This document shows positions 1 to 9,700 of a stretch of DNA of 64,000 nt, in pieces. Each line of letters begins with the position of its first letter. Within the stretch, counting starts at the first letter, position 1. Made by a program: the position numbers and the translations under genes. The notes beneath the pieces were generated by a model. The model was not told where the DNA came from, searched no databases, and saw nothing but the letters and a program-made list of their open reading frames with translations. The stretch is taken from IMG/VR virus record IMGVR_UViG_3300028591_000127, positions 32,001 to 96,000 of that record, one strand, 5' to 3'. The DNA is from a virus (lineage: Duplodnaviria; Caudoviricetes).

Positions 1-1190
1 TTGCCTTCCCACGCTTCAATCAAGGCGTTAGCATCGAGCTTAGAGAAAGAGTTGATATAGTCTGGATCATTAATATCAACAAATACTAATTCTTGCTTAA
101 AGTCATTAATAGATACAGCTGCCTTCTTGACATAAACGTAATAGTATAGACCCTGTTCTTCAAAATAAATCTCTGAACAAATATAATCATCAATATAATC
201 CATACTATTATCATCAAGAATATGCAGAAGACTACCAAAATATTTAGGGGTAGCAAATACAACAGCTTGATTAGTAAGATCTTTATGTTCCCAGGCGAAA
301 TTTCTATCTTTTACACAGAGGGACTTTTCAAGATTGCCAAGGAGAGATTCTGTTGGGTTAGACCAATTATCAAGATCTTCCTCTCCCACTAAACCATAGT
401 AAATATAGTCACCGAACCAAATAGTGCAAGATCCTTCAGAAACAGCCTTAAACGTTGTTCCCGGGAGAGTATGACTAGCCTTTATTGTTATCTCCTGCGT
501 TTCTGAAATATTCTCGATAGTCCAAGTATTTCCCTCTATTACTGTGTCGTTGTGAGTAAGTACAACCTCATTTGTAACATCCTCTCCGTCTCTAGTAGTG
601 ACTGTTATACTTAGAGGGACATTAGTCAAAGTTCTAGCAGAATAAAGATATACACCGTCAGTTGGGGCTACATTTACTTCTAAGTTGCTATATTTGATTA
701 GAAATTCTACTGTATCCTCTACGAAATTTTGATTAAAGAAATCATCCTCACGTTTCAAGGATCCATTATTATAGAACCATCTATAACCAGTTCCAAGGTC
801 AACAAAAGTTATTGACTCTGTTTCAGTAATCTCCTCAATGACTCTTTCTGTCCCTGTCTCATCAATATAAACGTAGTTCCAAACACCATTAACTTTTGTA
901 ATATATCTCTCACCGTGTATTAAGACAGAAACGTCAGGAAGAAGTTCTGTTATTCCTGTTACAGTAACTTCATTGCCTACAGTCAATACTCTATAGTATT
1001 CTTCACCAATACCGTCCCCAATACCAAGAGCTACAATTATTCCTATCGTGCCTCTAAAATCAGGAACTTCTTTAGTGTATTTTACCATTACGACCTCACC
1101 TTTATGAAACTCATATTCATTCAGTCTAAGGATCGCAACTCTTCTACTTGATTCGGTATACTGACTGCGTGATATTTGAATAGTACTCAT
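1..1190 (-). CDS. Virion structural protein, beta-rich (partial, runs off the left edge)
   Basis: Not in the ORF track because no stop lies in the window. ATG at 1190 reads MSTIQISRSQYTESSRRVAILRLNEYEFHKGEVVMVK; Thr/Val/Ile-rich; begins 9 nt after the holin stop. Confidence 0.6.
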   Translation of the reverse strand, partial: MSTIQISRSQYTESSRRVAILRLNEYEFHKGEVVMVKYTKEVPDFRGTIGIIVALGIGDGIGEEYYRVLTVGNEVTVTGITELLPDVSVLIHGERYITKVNGVWNYVYIDETGTERVIEEITETESITFVDLGTGYRWFYNNGSLKREDDFFNQNFVEDTVEFLIKYSNLEVNVAPTDGVYLYSARTLTNVPLSITVTTRDGEDVTNEVVLTHNDTVIEGNTWTIENISETQEITIKASHTLPGTTFKAVSEGSCTIWFGDYIYYGLVGEEDLDNWSNPTESLLGNLEKSLCVKDRNFAWEHKDLTNQAVVFATPKYFGSLLHILDDNSMDYIDDYICSEIYFEEQGLYYYVYVKKAAVSINDFKQELVFVDINDPDYINSFSKLDANALIEAWEG

Positions 1191-1199
1191 TCTTTTTAA

Positions 1200-1916
1200 T
1201 TACTTTTTACCCGCAGAAGAGATAGCTGTTATTCTGGGGATAAAGGTATTATGAATTAAATCCTCATCATACACTATCGCCTTCTCTGTACTATCGTTCG
1301 TCCACTCAATTACTATGAATCCAATAGGTCTTCTTACGCCGGGAACACTAATAAAAGATTGTTTTCTAGACTTATCAGTTTCAGAGACTAATTCATAAAT
1401 TCCACGATATTTACGTCTAAAATCAACATCTCTTGCCCCGTTGCAGTTGAGGACTTCTCCGTCTTGAAGTTTAGAGAAGAATTCAGTGTACATTGAGGTA
1501 TTTACATTCTGATAATATCTTCCTGGGATTTCAGGAATACCGTATCGAGGTATACACTTCATCAAGTCAAAGAACTTAAATGGCATACCTTCTAGGTTTT
1601 CTTCAGAATTATGATATTCAAAATAAAGTATTCTATCAGCTCCAACTGTAGCCCTAAGCTCAGATAAGATTGGAGTAAGTTCGGTCATATAGACTTCTTG
1701 CCAATGCATCTTTTCATTATGAATATCTTCACAAATAGCATTAACAAATTCTATGACCCCTTTAGTAACAGATCTTATGTTGATAATACCAATAAATAGT
1801 ATAATCATGATTAACCACAGTATAGCCCGTCGAATACCTACCTTTTCATCAAGTTCCAAGATAAAGTTTTTCAACGAGACTAATGCTGTAGTTAGAGAGT
1901 GCAAAAACAATTCCAT
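1200..1916 (-). CDS. Putative holin, T4 gpT-like (one TM helix plus GAF-like domain)
   Basis: Hydrophobic helix AILWLIMIILFIGIINI followed by a soluble domain with ELRATVGADRILYFEYHN...PIGFIVIEW, the pattern of T-type holin GAF-like domains. Confidence 0.55.
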   Translation of the reverse strand: MELFLHSLTTALVSLKNFILELDEKVGIRRAILWLIMIILFIGIINIRSVTKGVIEFVNAICEDIHNEKMHWQEVYMTELTPILSELRATVGADRILYFEYHNSEENLEGMPFKFFDLMKCIPRYGIPEIPGRYYQNVNTSMYTEFFSKLQDGEVLNCNGARDVDFRRKYRGIYELVSETDKSRKQSFISVPGVRRPIGFIVIEWTNDSTEKAIVYDEDLIHNTFIPRITAISSAGKK

Positions 1917-1920
1917 TTCA

Positions 1921-4900
1921 TTAATTAATTAATGCTGTTATATTAGGTGAAGGGCTAGTATAACGATTATTACCAGATGCTGACACATATCCTGCCGTTC
2001 CTGCTGTGGCTGCATAAGAAGCACCACTAGATCCTCCTCCTGTAACCCTAGACATAATGCCCGCAGCAGATTCAGCAAAAACATTTTTCGGTGTGGTATT
2101 TACGTCAGGTTCCTCATCCTGATAAACAGCGCTTTCTTCGGTTGATAAGATTTGATTAACTTCTTCTAAAACATCGCCAGAATACACATAAGAATATCCA
2201 ACTGCTGCTGGATCTGCACCAAGCTCACTTCTAACTGTTGTCATATTAAGTGGTGTAGTTCCGTCTTGAATCAGCGAATATACGCTTTTACCGCTATTAA
2301 ATCCTCCCTTCCAGGTATTACCGCCGAGGTTATTCCATTTTGTCCAATCAGAGTTTTCATTAGAGGATGCCCCCGCAGTCGTACTAGAGTTTACGCTATT
2401 TTTCTGTTTCAAAGCTATGTATCCTACGTATGTTTTTGCCGGTCTAAATATATTAAAACATACACGGCTTACTATATTACTATCTTTTACTTGTTTTAAT
2501 GATTTTCCCCAAGTTTCTCTAAAATAATAATCTTTCTTTAATTTGAAGTCAACTATAACAGATCCAACTAAGAAGCCTCCTTTTGAGTTGTCAACAACAT
2601 AGCCTGTTGGAATTGTATCAACAATTAGATCTTGACCTTCAGGTTCATCGCCTTCATAGATTAAGATACGTCCAACCTGTGTATGAGCAGAGTCAGGATT
2701 CCTGATAGCCCGGAGCGGATATCCAGGAATATTATTGACTATTTTTATCTTACTAATATCTATGATTTCTTCAAAGTTATACGGTGTGTTATCAGCCTTT
2801 AATGGAATATCACTACTAAATAAATCTTCTACCCCCTCCCAATCTATCACACTAATTGGAATAAGACCGTACTGTTGGAATAAGTACACAACTTGACATC
2901 CAGCATTCTTATGGGTTCCACTAAAATATAAGTCATAATAAACATCATATGCACCTTGACCATTTGTCTTAGATCTTCTATAATAGCACTCATTATTATT
3001 CCAAGTCGAAGTGTCTGTTGCTCCAGAGCTAGTTACGGGCCATGGTTTAAGTGCATATAAAAAGGATGACGGTGCATTATTATTATTAGCATAGCCGAAT
3101 TTAGCTGGCAGTTTAAGTTCTTTACCTTTCGTACTAAGTTGTCTGTAGATATTCATTTGTTTAGAATTACCTAATCCATCTCGAACACTTAAAGACAGGG
3201 GGCTTAGTGGAAATTTAGTAGAGAATCCATTAAGAGTTAAGCTACTATTATTATAGCCGTTATCTTTTCTTCTACCCTCAAAGCTTACATCAATACTATT
3301 ATTGGTTATTGTACTATCGTTAGTAGTATATTTAGTATCAATTCCGCTGTAGATATCAATGACGTCACCATTCAGCAAGACAGAATTATCATCAATATAA
3401 CTAGCAATCTTGTTATTATTGACAATAGCGATATTATTATTAACATCAAGTTTCTTAAGTCTGATAGGCAACGTTTTAGAAGTACCTGATCCACTTAAGG
3501 ACCTAATTATTAATTCAGCACCAGTATTTTCAAGATCCTCAGCAGTATCGTTCTTTTCTACAATATCCCCCGGAGCATAGAGTAATGAGATGATAACTGG
3601 CTCTCCATTAATTTTATGGCAATAGAATCTTTCATTTTTGTTTGTAGTGTCAAGCTCGTCAGGCTTTGTATTATCATAAAGACTAAATAGACCTCTTTTA
3701 TCCTTTAAAACAATCTGATAAGTTTCTTCAGAATTTGAACTATCAACCAAAAATCCATACAACCCAATATGACTAACATCAATATAATCTATTGGTTCCT
3801 CAGAGTCATTTTCTTTGTAAACTTTAATATCACTAATGGTGTTATTTTCTGGTTCTACAGATAGTAAGAGAGACTGCATTTTATCCCTGAAAAGCCAGGT
3901 TCTCCAGTCATCATTTTCAGTATCTCTTGAGTCGGTAAATCCTCTAAAGAAATCGAATTGATAAGTGAAGTATTCATCTTTTCTTCTAACTTTCTTATCT
4001 GCACTAATTAGAATACCGTCAGAGAGTGTAAATTCCTCTGAATAATAGTACCCGTTTGGGGATAGTATTGGGTCCGGAAGAATCTTATTAGAGCCTATAA
4101 TTTTTAAGTTGGGATCGTTATTGTTTCCTGGCAACCAATATGGTGTTTCTCTATCGTCTGAAGTTATAAAGATTCTCTTACTGGTATAATTATTTTCGTC
4201 ATTTCTTGTTAAGTACTCAAGACCATTAACTTTTCGATAAGTTTGGATAACTTTACCCTCATCATTCTCGACTAGCTCATCTTCAATAAATACGTTTAAT
4301 GGATTGATAGTTTTTTTACCTGCCAGATTAATTGTAAGAGTATCAAAATCCCTTTCTGTTACTCTAACCCAGCCTTTTTCTTGGTCTTCCGGAGCTGATA
4401 CTGTTAGTTTTATCTTTATATAAACATCCCCTAGTTTTTCAGGCCACCAAGCAGGCTCTGCACTAATTCTCCTCTTTATAGTTACTAAAAGGCCGGTTAG
4501 GGAGACAAGTCCCTGCGTTTGGTAGAATTCAAAACTTTTTCTCTGAGCAGTAACTAAGAGGTTATTTTTTATTGTATCACTACTATATTCAATCTCAATA
4601 GTAGGAAAGCCAGCAACACTATCTTGTCCTGTACTAGTATTTATGCCCACCTTTGCAAAACAGAGAGGCATAAATCCAATATTAAGATTAGTTATCTCGC
4701 CAATAGTATCAATAGGAATAGCAAAACTAGGAACAGCGACCCCATTAACAAAATTACCTAAGGTTCCGTCTTTAGGATTACAAGATACAACAGCAGCTTC
4801 ACCCGAACCAATAGAGCTATCTCCTAAAGTGTGTTGGATAGAAACAAGTCTTCTTACACTATCTTCTCCTGTAAGCTCTATAGGTACATCAGCGTAATAG

Positions 4901-7320
4901 TCTCCAGCAATACTATCAGGGAGAGTAAAACCAAGGCTTAGAATTTTTGTGACTTTATATTGATTATCAGTCATAGTAAGACCGTTGTTAGCCACTGTTT
5001 CCCAATCTGTAACGTCAGGATCTCCTCCCTCTGTTGTCCTAGCTACTGTAAATTTATATTTATTAGACTGAAAATAAGGATTAATGACCTTTATCGTGAA
5101 ATATTTTTCAGTATCAATACCATTATTTGATATTGTGGGATTTCCAGTACCACCGTATTTAAACAAAATTCTAGGATCCTGGGCAGTTATTCTATAGTTA
5201 TTATAGTTATCTACATTACTACCTTCAACAAAGATTATTTTCTCCAAACTATCAAGAGCATTGTCCATCTCTTCGTTACTACCACTAAAGCCAGTAAAAA
5301 CATTAGAAGGGTCAATTTCCTCTGCAACATCATTATAGAGAATAATAGGGTTAGTAGATTCTACAACACGTCTATAAATCAGATAGAAAGATAAGATATG
5401 GTCATTCAGATTAATTTTTACTAATCTCTTATAGGAACTACCATTTTCATCAATTGGTCCCCACTTCTCAGTAATCTCATTTGGTATCTCACTATCAACC
5501 TCTGTTATTGATCTAGCTTCAATAGTAAAATCATATTTATAGACATTGTTACTATCTAGCCACAAATTAGATGTAGTCTTACTAACTAATTCTCTTCTTT
5601 TTGTTACTTTACTAGATTCAATGAAGTATTTAGTATTAGGATTAGCTTTAATAGTGTTTGCCTCAGCTACAGAGATTTTCTTTAAACCAGTACTATCATT
5701 GACAAGCCACTTAGTATTTTTTATACCATCAACAGCACTCTCACAAGGAATATCTGAGGGAGTTATATAGGTCTTGTTGAGATCAGCTACTTTTTCCTGA
5801 GATAAGTTATAACCCTTGAATCCTTTATCCAGCACCCAATCAGCAGTGGAGGCGGGACTGTCAAATTTCACATAGCTCTTTGATGGGCTGGGTGTGACAT
5901 CTTTAGTCTTCTTATATTCCACAAAGGTTACGTCTTGTGCATGGTCCGTATTGGTATATGTAGATTTCTCATACCAACCTTCTTTAAGTGGATTTTTTCC
6001 AGCGGTGTCAACAATTGCAACAACAGAGTCTACTACTTTCTTTTCAAGAGCAACCATCTTTTTTGGAACTTCTTCAAAATAGTCATAACTTGGTGATTTA
6101 GTAATAATCAAACTGAAATATTTATCAAATTCATCGGTTGAGTAGTCTGTTGTTATGACATTCTTTGTATTATCTGATACAGAAGTTTCATTAAGGGACT
6201 TAAGAGTGTATTTCGTTCCACTTACAAAAGGTTTATTTTTATCTGAAACAGATGTAGTAAATTTTTTATTATCACTATAAATAGTTACTGTTACGTAGTT
6301 ATTCTGTGGATCGGAACTATCTAGAACTATAGTTGGATATATATCATCAACATTATTAGTTCCAATTCCAGAGAAAGTATATGTTCCCTTAGTAATAACA
6401 GGTTTAATAAAAGTTATTCTATTTGTGTTGAGAGAAGATGGATTACCTTCATAGTCCGTATAGCTTAAGACTCCCTCTAAATCACATCGCCCAATACCAC
6501 CTGTTACGTCAAGAGTTCCAGCCGTTTTATTTATTGTCCAGAGAGCCGCGCCAGTAGATGAAGTCTTATACTTTATACCAGTACCTTTCTCTATTAGGTT
6601 CTCTTTTAAGACTGTTATAGTAGCTCCTGTTTTTCTACAAATATCGTAAGTAATAGTACAGTTGATGGGGACACTATCATTACCTTGATATAAATAATAG
6701 TAAGTTATTCCTGTATCTCGGTTCGTTAGTCCTGGAAGATCATTGGCGAAGATTTCAACAGACTTATAGACTTTTATTATTCTACTATCATGAATAGCTT
6801 CACCTTGAGTATTAATATAAGGCGAAGTAAGTCCCACATCACTATTGAATTGGCCTTGGATATACTCTTCAAAAGAGTTTTTATCGACATATTCCTCATC
6901 AATAGACTCATCATCACCTACTAAATAAGCATTTACAGAAGGAGTATTTGTTGGACTCTCAAGATATTCAGTAGTTTGGAATGGGTAATCTTCAGTTTCA
7001 ATATTAGCTACTGTTTCTGAAGGAAAGACTATTCTAATATGATTTTGTCCCCCATCCACCCATTCATCTTGATCTATATTCTGAACTACGATACCAAGAA
7101 TTGGGTCTCCCAACAAGTCGCTCATATAATATAAGCAAACGTCACCGAGAGTTTCTCCCTCTATACAAACATCAAGGGTCTTATCCTGTTCCTTCCAAAC
7201 AGCATTTAAATCCTTTATTTCTCCTTCTTCGCCGATGGAATAGTTACAAAACTTAATAACTTCACCAAAGACTGTTGCATTGTCGTAAAACTCTCTTAAA
7301 AATTTAGCAATCATAAACAA
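1921..7320 (-). CDS. Large tail fibre/baseplate-associated protein (1799 aa)
   Basis: Very long, beta-rich, T/N/S/D-rich ORF downstream of the baseplate genes; contains an NPLKEGWYE...TKD module shared with other virion proteins. Confidence 0.55.
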   Translation of the reverse strand: MFMIAKFLREFYDNATVFGEVIKFCNYSIGEEGEIKDLNAVWKEQDKTLDVCIEGETLGDVCLYYMSDLLGDPILGIVVQNIDQDEWVDGGQNHIRIVFPSETVANIETEDYPFQTTEYLESPTNTPSVNAYLVGDDESIDEEYVDKNSFEEYIQGQFNSDVGLTSPYINTQGEAIHDSRIIKVYKSVEIFANDLPGLTNRDTGITYYYLYQGNDSVPINCTITYDICRKTGATITVLKENLIEKGTGIKYKTSSTGAALWTINKTAGTLDVTGGIGRCDLEGVLSYTDYEGNPSSLNTNRITFIKPVITKGTYTFSGIGTNNVDDIYPTIVLDSSDPQNNYVTVTIYSDNKKFTTSVSDKNKPFVSGTKYTLKSLNETSVSDNTKNVITTDYSTDEFDKYFSLIITKSPSYDYFEEVPKKMVALEKKVVDSVVAIVDTAGKNPLKEGWYEKSTYTNTDHAQDVTFVEYKKTKDVTPSPSKSYVKFDSPASTADWVLDKGFKGYNLSQEKVADLNKTYITPSDIPCESAVDGIKNTKWLVNDSTGLKKISVAEANTIKANPNTKYFIESSKVTKRRELVSKTTSNLWLDSNNVYKYDFTIEARSITEVDSEIPNEITEKWGPIDENGSSYKRLVKINLNDHILSFYLIYRRVVESTNPIILYNDVAEEIDPSNVFTGFSGSNEEMDNALDSLEKIIFVEGSNVDNYNNYRITAQDPRILFKYGGTGNPTISNNGIDTEKYFTIKVINPYFQSNKYKFTVARTTEGGDPDVTDWETVANNGLTMTDNQYKVTKILSLGFTLPDSIAGDYYADVPIELTGEDSVRRLVSIQHTLGDSSIGSGEAAVVSCNPKDGTLGNFVNGVAVPSFAIPIDTIGEITNLNIGFMPLCFAKVGINTSTGQDSVAGFPTIEIEYSSDTIKNNLLVTAQRKSFEFYQTQGLVSLTGLLVTIKRRISAEPAWWPEKLGDVYIKIKLTVSAPEDQEKGWVRVTERDFDTLTINLAGKKTINPLNVFIEDELVENDEGKVIQTYRKVNGLEYLTRNDENNYTSKRIFITSDDRETPYWLPGNNNDPNLKIIGSNKILPDPILSPNGYYYSEEFTLSDGILISADKKVRRKDEYFTYQFDFFRGFTDSRDTENDDWRTWLFRDKMQSLLLSVEPENNTISDIKVYKENDSEEPIDYIDVSHIGLYGFLVDSSNSEETYQIVLKDKRGLFSLYDNTKPDELDTTNKNERFYCHKINGEPVIISLLYAPGDIVEKNDTAEDLENTGAELIIRSLSGSGTSKTLPIRLKKLDVNNNIAIVNNNKIASYIDDNSVLLNGDVIDIYSGIDTKYTTNDSTITNNSIDVSFEGRRKDNGYNNSSLTLNGFSTKFPLSPLSLSVRDGLGNSKQMNIYRQLSTKGKELKLPAKFGYANNNNAPSSFLYALKPWPVTSSGATDTSTWNNNECYYRRSKTNGQGAYDVYYDLYFSGTHKNAGCQVVYLFQQYGLIPISVIDWEGVEDLFSSDIPLKADNTPYNFEEIIDISKIKIVNNIPGYPLRAIRNPDSAHTQVGRILIYEGDEPEGQDLIVDTIPTGYVVDNSKGGFLVGSVIVDFKLKKDYYFRETWGKSLKQVKDSNIVSRVCFNIFRPAKTYVGYIALKQKNSVNSSTTAGASSNENSDWTKWNNLGGNTWKGGFNSGKSVYSLIQDGTTPLNMTTVRSELGADPAAVGYSYVYSGDVLEEVNQILSTEESAVYQDEEPDVNTTPKNVFAESAAGIMSRVTGGGSSGASYAATAGTAGYVSASGNNRYTSPSPNITALIN

Positions 7321-8951
7321 TTAATGATGTTGTTCTCCTTATAAAACACTAGGCCTCCAACAGCGCCGATAATATTAAAGTTACCTTCTGGAAGATTACT
7401 AGACTTTCTCAAGTTATTTAAGAAAGAGTTCGTCACATATTTTCCATTTTGGTAAGAATAGTCAGGAATTTCAGATACTCCCCTCAACCCTTTCTTGATT
7501 ACAGTGGGAGAACCGAATTTTCCAGCTCTATTTAGATAATAGACTTTTTCTGTCTTAGGATCCTTAAGAATGGCTGTCTTATCATTTACAAAGATAACAT
7601 TGTTCAGTTCTTCAGGTAATATCCATAGACATCTTGAGGAATTAAGGACCATTAAGTATTCGGGATTAAGAATTTTTGATTTGTCCATATCTCTTGATAA
7701 TACAAACCAGCTTCCGTACTTCTTAATTACCTTTAATCCTCTTCCATCTCTCAGGTCAGTTAGTGTATTGCTTATTCCAGGTATTTTCTGAATCATTTCT
7801 GCCCTATCAAAGAATACTGACTCTGATCCAAGATCTACTATTTTGTTCTTTGGTTTTCCAGGGTCTAGCAAGTAATTATGCCCCTCACCCTCTTTACAGA
7901 CTATGGAGTTCTTATCTAGATTGACTATCCAATTATCAGTTCCATCATTCACCCTAACATACTTACCACAAAACTCAATGATCTCTAGATTTCCACCAAA
8001 GAGTTCAGGCAGTGTTTGATATTCTCTGTCATAGTAGTAGGCGTGTTTCCAATAATCTTTTTTGGTTAGTGATGCAATATAGTAAGCTCCGGTATTATTC
8101 CAAGAGTATATTACTAAGTCTCCCTTATAATACCCTACTTGATATCTAGCCACATTACCAAATCCATGAAGATTGTCTGATATTGAGTTTTCTCTTTCTA
8201 ATCTTACCTCTTCAATAGTTCCAGTAGAGTTATTAACTAGGATTGAAGTATTATCAAAATAGAAGATCTTATCACTTCCACCAGAGAAAATATCAGTCAC
8301 ATTATCCGTACACCTTGACTGAATAGAAACTTGTCCCTTAGCTCCTCTAATATCTTTTACTTTTAGGAATCCAACGTTTGACCAGTCTCTATTTACTAAT
8401 TTAATCTCTTTAACATTTTCATTAAAGGGATTGTTATTAGGGTTATTAGCAACTGAATTAACCGTACTGAAAGTTAAAGTCAGATTATTGAGCTTATATG
8501 ATTTGAAGTATTGGGCACTTTCATCAACTCTTTTTCCCATTGGTCCGTCAAGGATAGTATAGGCTAAGATTCTGTTATCCTCTAAGAATATTAAAGTATC
8601 TATGCCATCGTCCTTAATTACCTCGTGCATTAGGTCGAAGTTAAGTAAGAAGTTAAGGTTACTAAGGTCAGGATCCTCACTATCTATATCAGTCGTACAA
8701 TCAACCTCCCTATAAATCTTATTCTCCTGATAATCCTCAAGCAATAAGAGGTTACTTTTAATCTCGTCAATACTGCTAGGTATAGGGGTGCTTGAGAGGA
8801 GGTCTTCTATTTTAGTTCCCTCTATTGATACCTGACTTATGAAGAATTTACCCGGATGAAGCTTAAAAGATTCCCTAGAGTAGGCAATGACAGAGGTACA
8901 GGTACTTAAGTTTGCCAACCACAGAAGGGTTGTCTTATGAGCAATTTCCAT
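7311..8951 (-). CDS. Hypothetical tail/baseplate protein (546 aa)
   Basis: Long ORF overlapping both neighbours in the fibre operon; beta-rich C-terminal half. Confidence 0.5.
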   Translation of the reverse strand: MEIAHKTTLLWLANLSTCTSVIAYSRESFKLHPGKFFISQVSIEGTKIEDLLSSTPIPSSIDEIKSNLLLLEDYQENKIYREVDCTTDIDSEDPDLSNLNFLLNFDLMHEVIKDDGIDTLIFLEDNRILAYTILDGPMGKRVDESAQYFKSYKLNNLTLTFSTVNSVANNPNNNPFNENVKEIKLVNRDWSNVGFLKVKDIRGAKGQVSIQSRCTDNVTDIFSGGSDKIFYFDNTSILVNNSTGTIEEVRLERENSISDNLHGFGNVARYQVGYYKGDLVIYSWNNTGAYYIASLTKKDYWKHAYYYDREYQTLPELFGGNLEIIEFCGKYVRVNDGTDNWIVNLDKNSIVCKEGEGHNYLLDPGKPKNKIVDLGSESVFFDRAEMIQKIPGISNTLTDLRDGRGLKVIKKYGSWFVLSRDMDKSKILNPEYLMVLNSSRCLWILPEELNNVIFVNDKTAILKDPKTEKVYYLNRAGKFGSPTVIKKGLRGVSEIPDYSYQNGKYVTNSFLNNLRKSSNLPEGNFNIIGAVGGLVFYKENNIINCL

Positions 8952-9696
8952 ATGTTATATAACAAGATTTAATGAAACACTCTTTAATATCATCATTGGT
9001 TGGAGTGATTTTAAGGAGGTTATCCTGATAATCAAGTCTAATTCCATCAGTGATAGGAGTACTGAGTGTTTCTTTCACGATTGAGTATGTAGTTTCTGTT
9101 TCCCCGGTATAAGTAAATGCCTCAAACACAAAGTCTTGAATCATAGGATAGATTACAGCATTTGTCGTATATTGAATAACAAGGCTTACTCTACAGGTGA
9201 CATTTATACCTGCATAATACTCAGCAATTTTATTGAGGTTTAAAGTCCTAGTATATTGTCCAGGCCTTATGAGGTTGAAAGTTACAGTTCCATTGAGAAT
9301 ATCAATACTCATGGTCTCTGAATTGTACAAAGATGTTTCACTAGTCTTCATTCTGTCAAGCTCTTCACTATAATATGACTTAATTATATCCAATAGATTA
9401 TTTGTTACGGAAGAATCATCATTACTGCTAACTAGAACATAACTGTCCATAAAGGTAGGATCCTTCATATACAAAAGACCCGTACCTCTATCGACATATT
9501 TATTCATAGTTACGTGATTACTTCTTTCACTAGTCATAGCCTTAACCTCACTAATTCTAGCAGCTCTTTGGAAAGAACCTTGATTGTCTACTACACTAGC
9601 AAAACCATCAGGCCTGTCCTTATGAAAGATTAGACCGTCAGCAGTAAAGATTTTATTGCTTTTGTCTGAATCCGTTACTATTTTAAGTTTCTGCAT
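8935..9696 (-). CDS. Hypothetical tail-associated protein (253 aa)
   Basis: ORF tightly packed in the fibre operon. Confidence 0.5.
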   Translation of the reverse strand: MQKLKIVTDSDKSNKIFTADGLIFHKDRPDGFASVVDNQGSFQRAARISEVKAMTSERSNHVTMNKYVDRGTGLLYMKDPTFMDSYVLVSSNDDSSVTNNLLDIIKSYYSEELDRMKTSETSLYNSETMSIDILNGTVTFNLIRPGQYTRTLNLNKIAEYYAGINVTCRVSLVIQYTTNAVIYPMIQDFVFEAFTYTGETETTYSIVKETLSTPITDGIRLDYQDNLLKITPTNDDIKECFIKSCYITYGNCS

Positions 9697-9700
9697 ACCA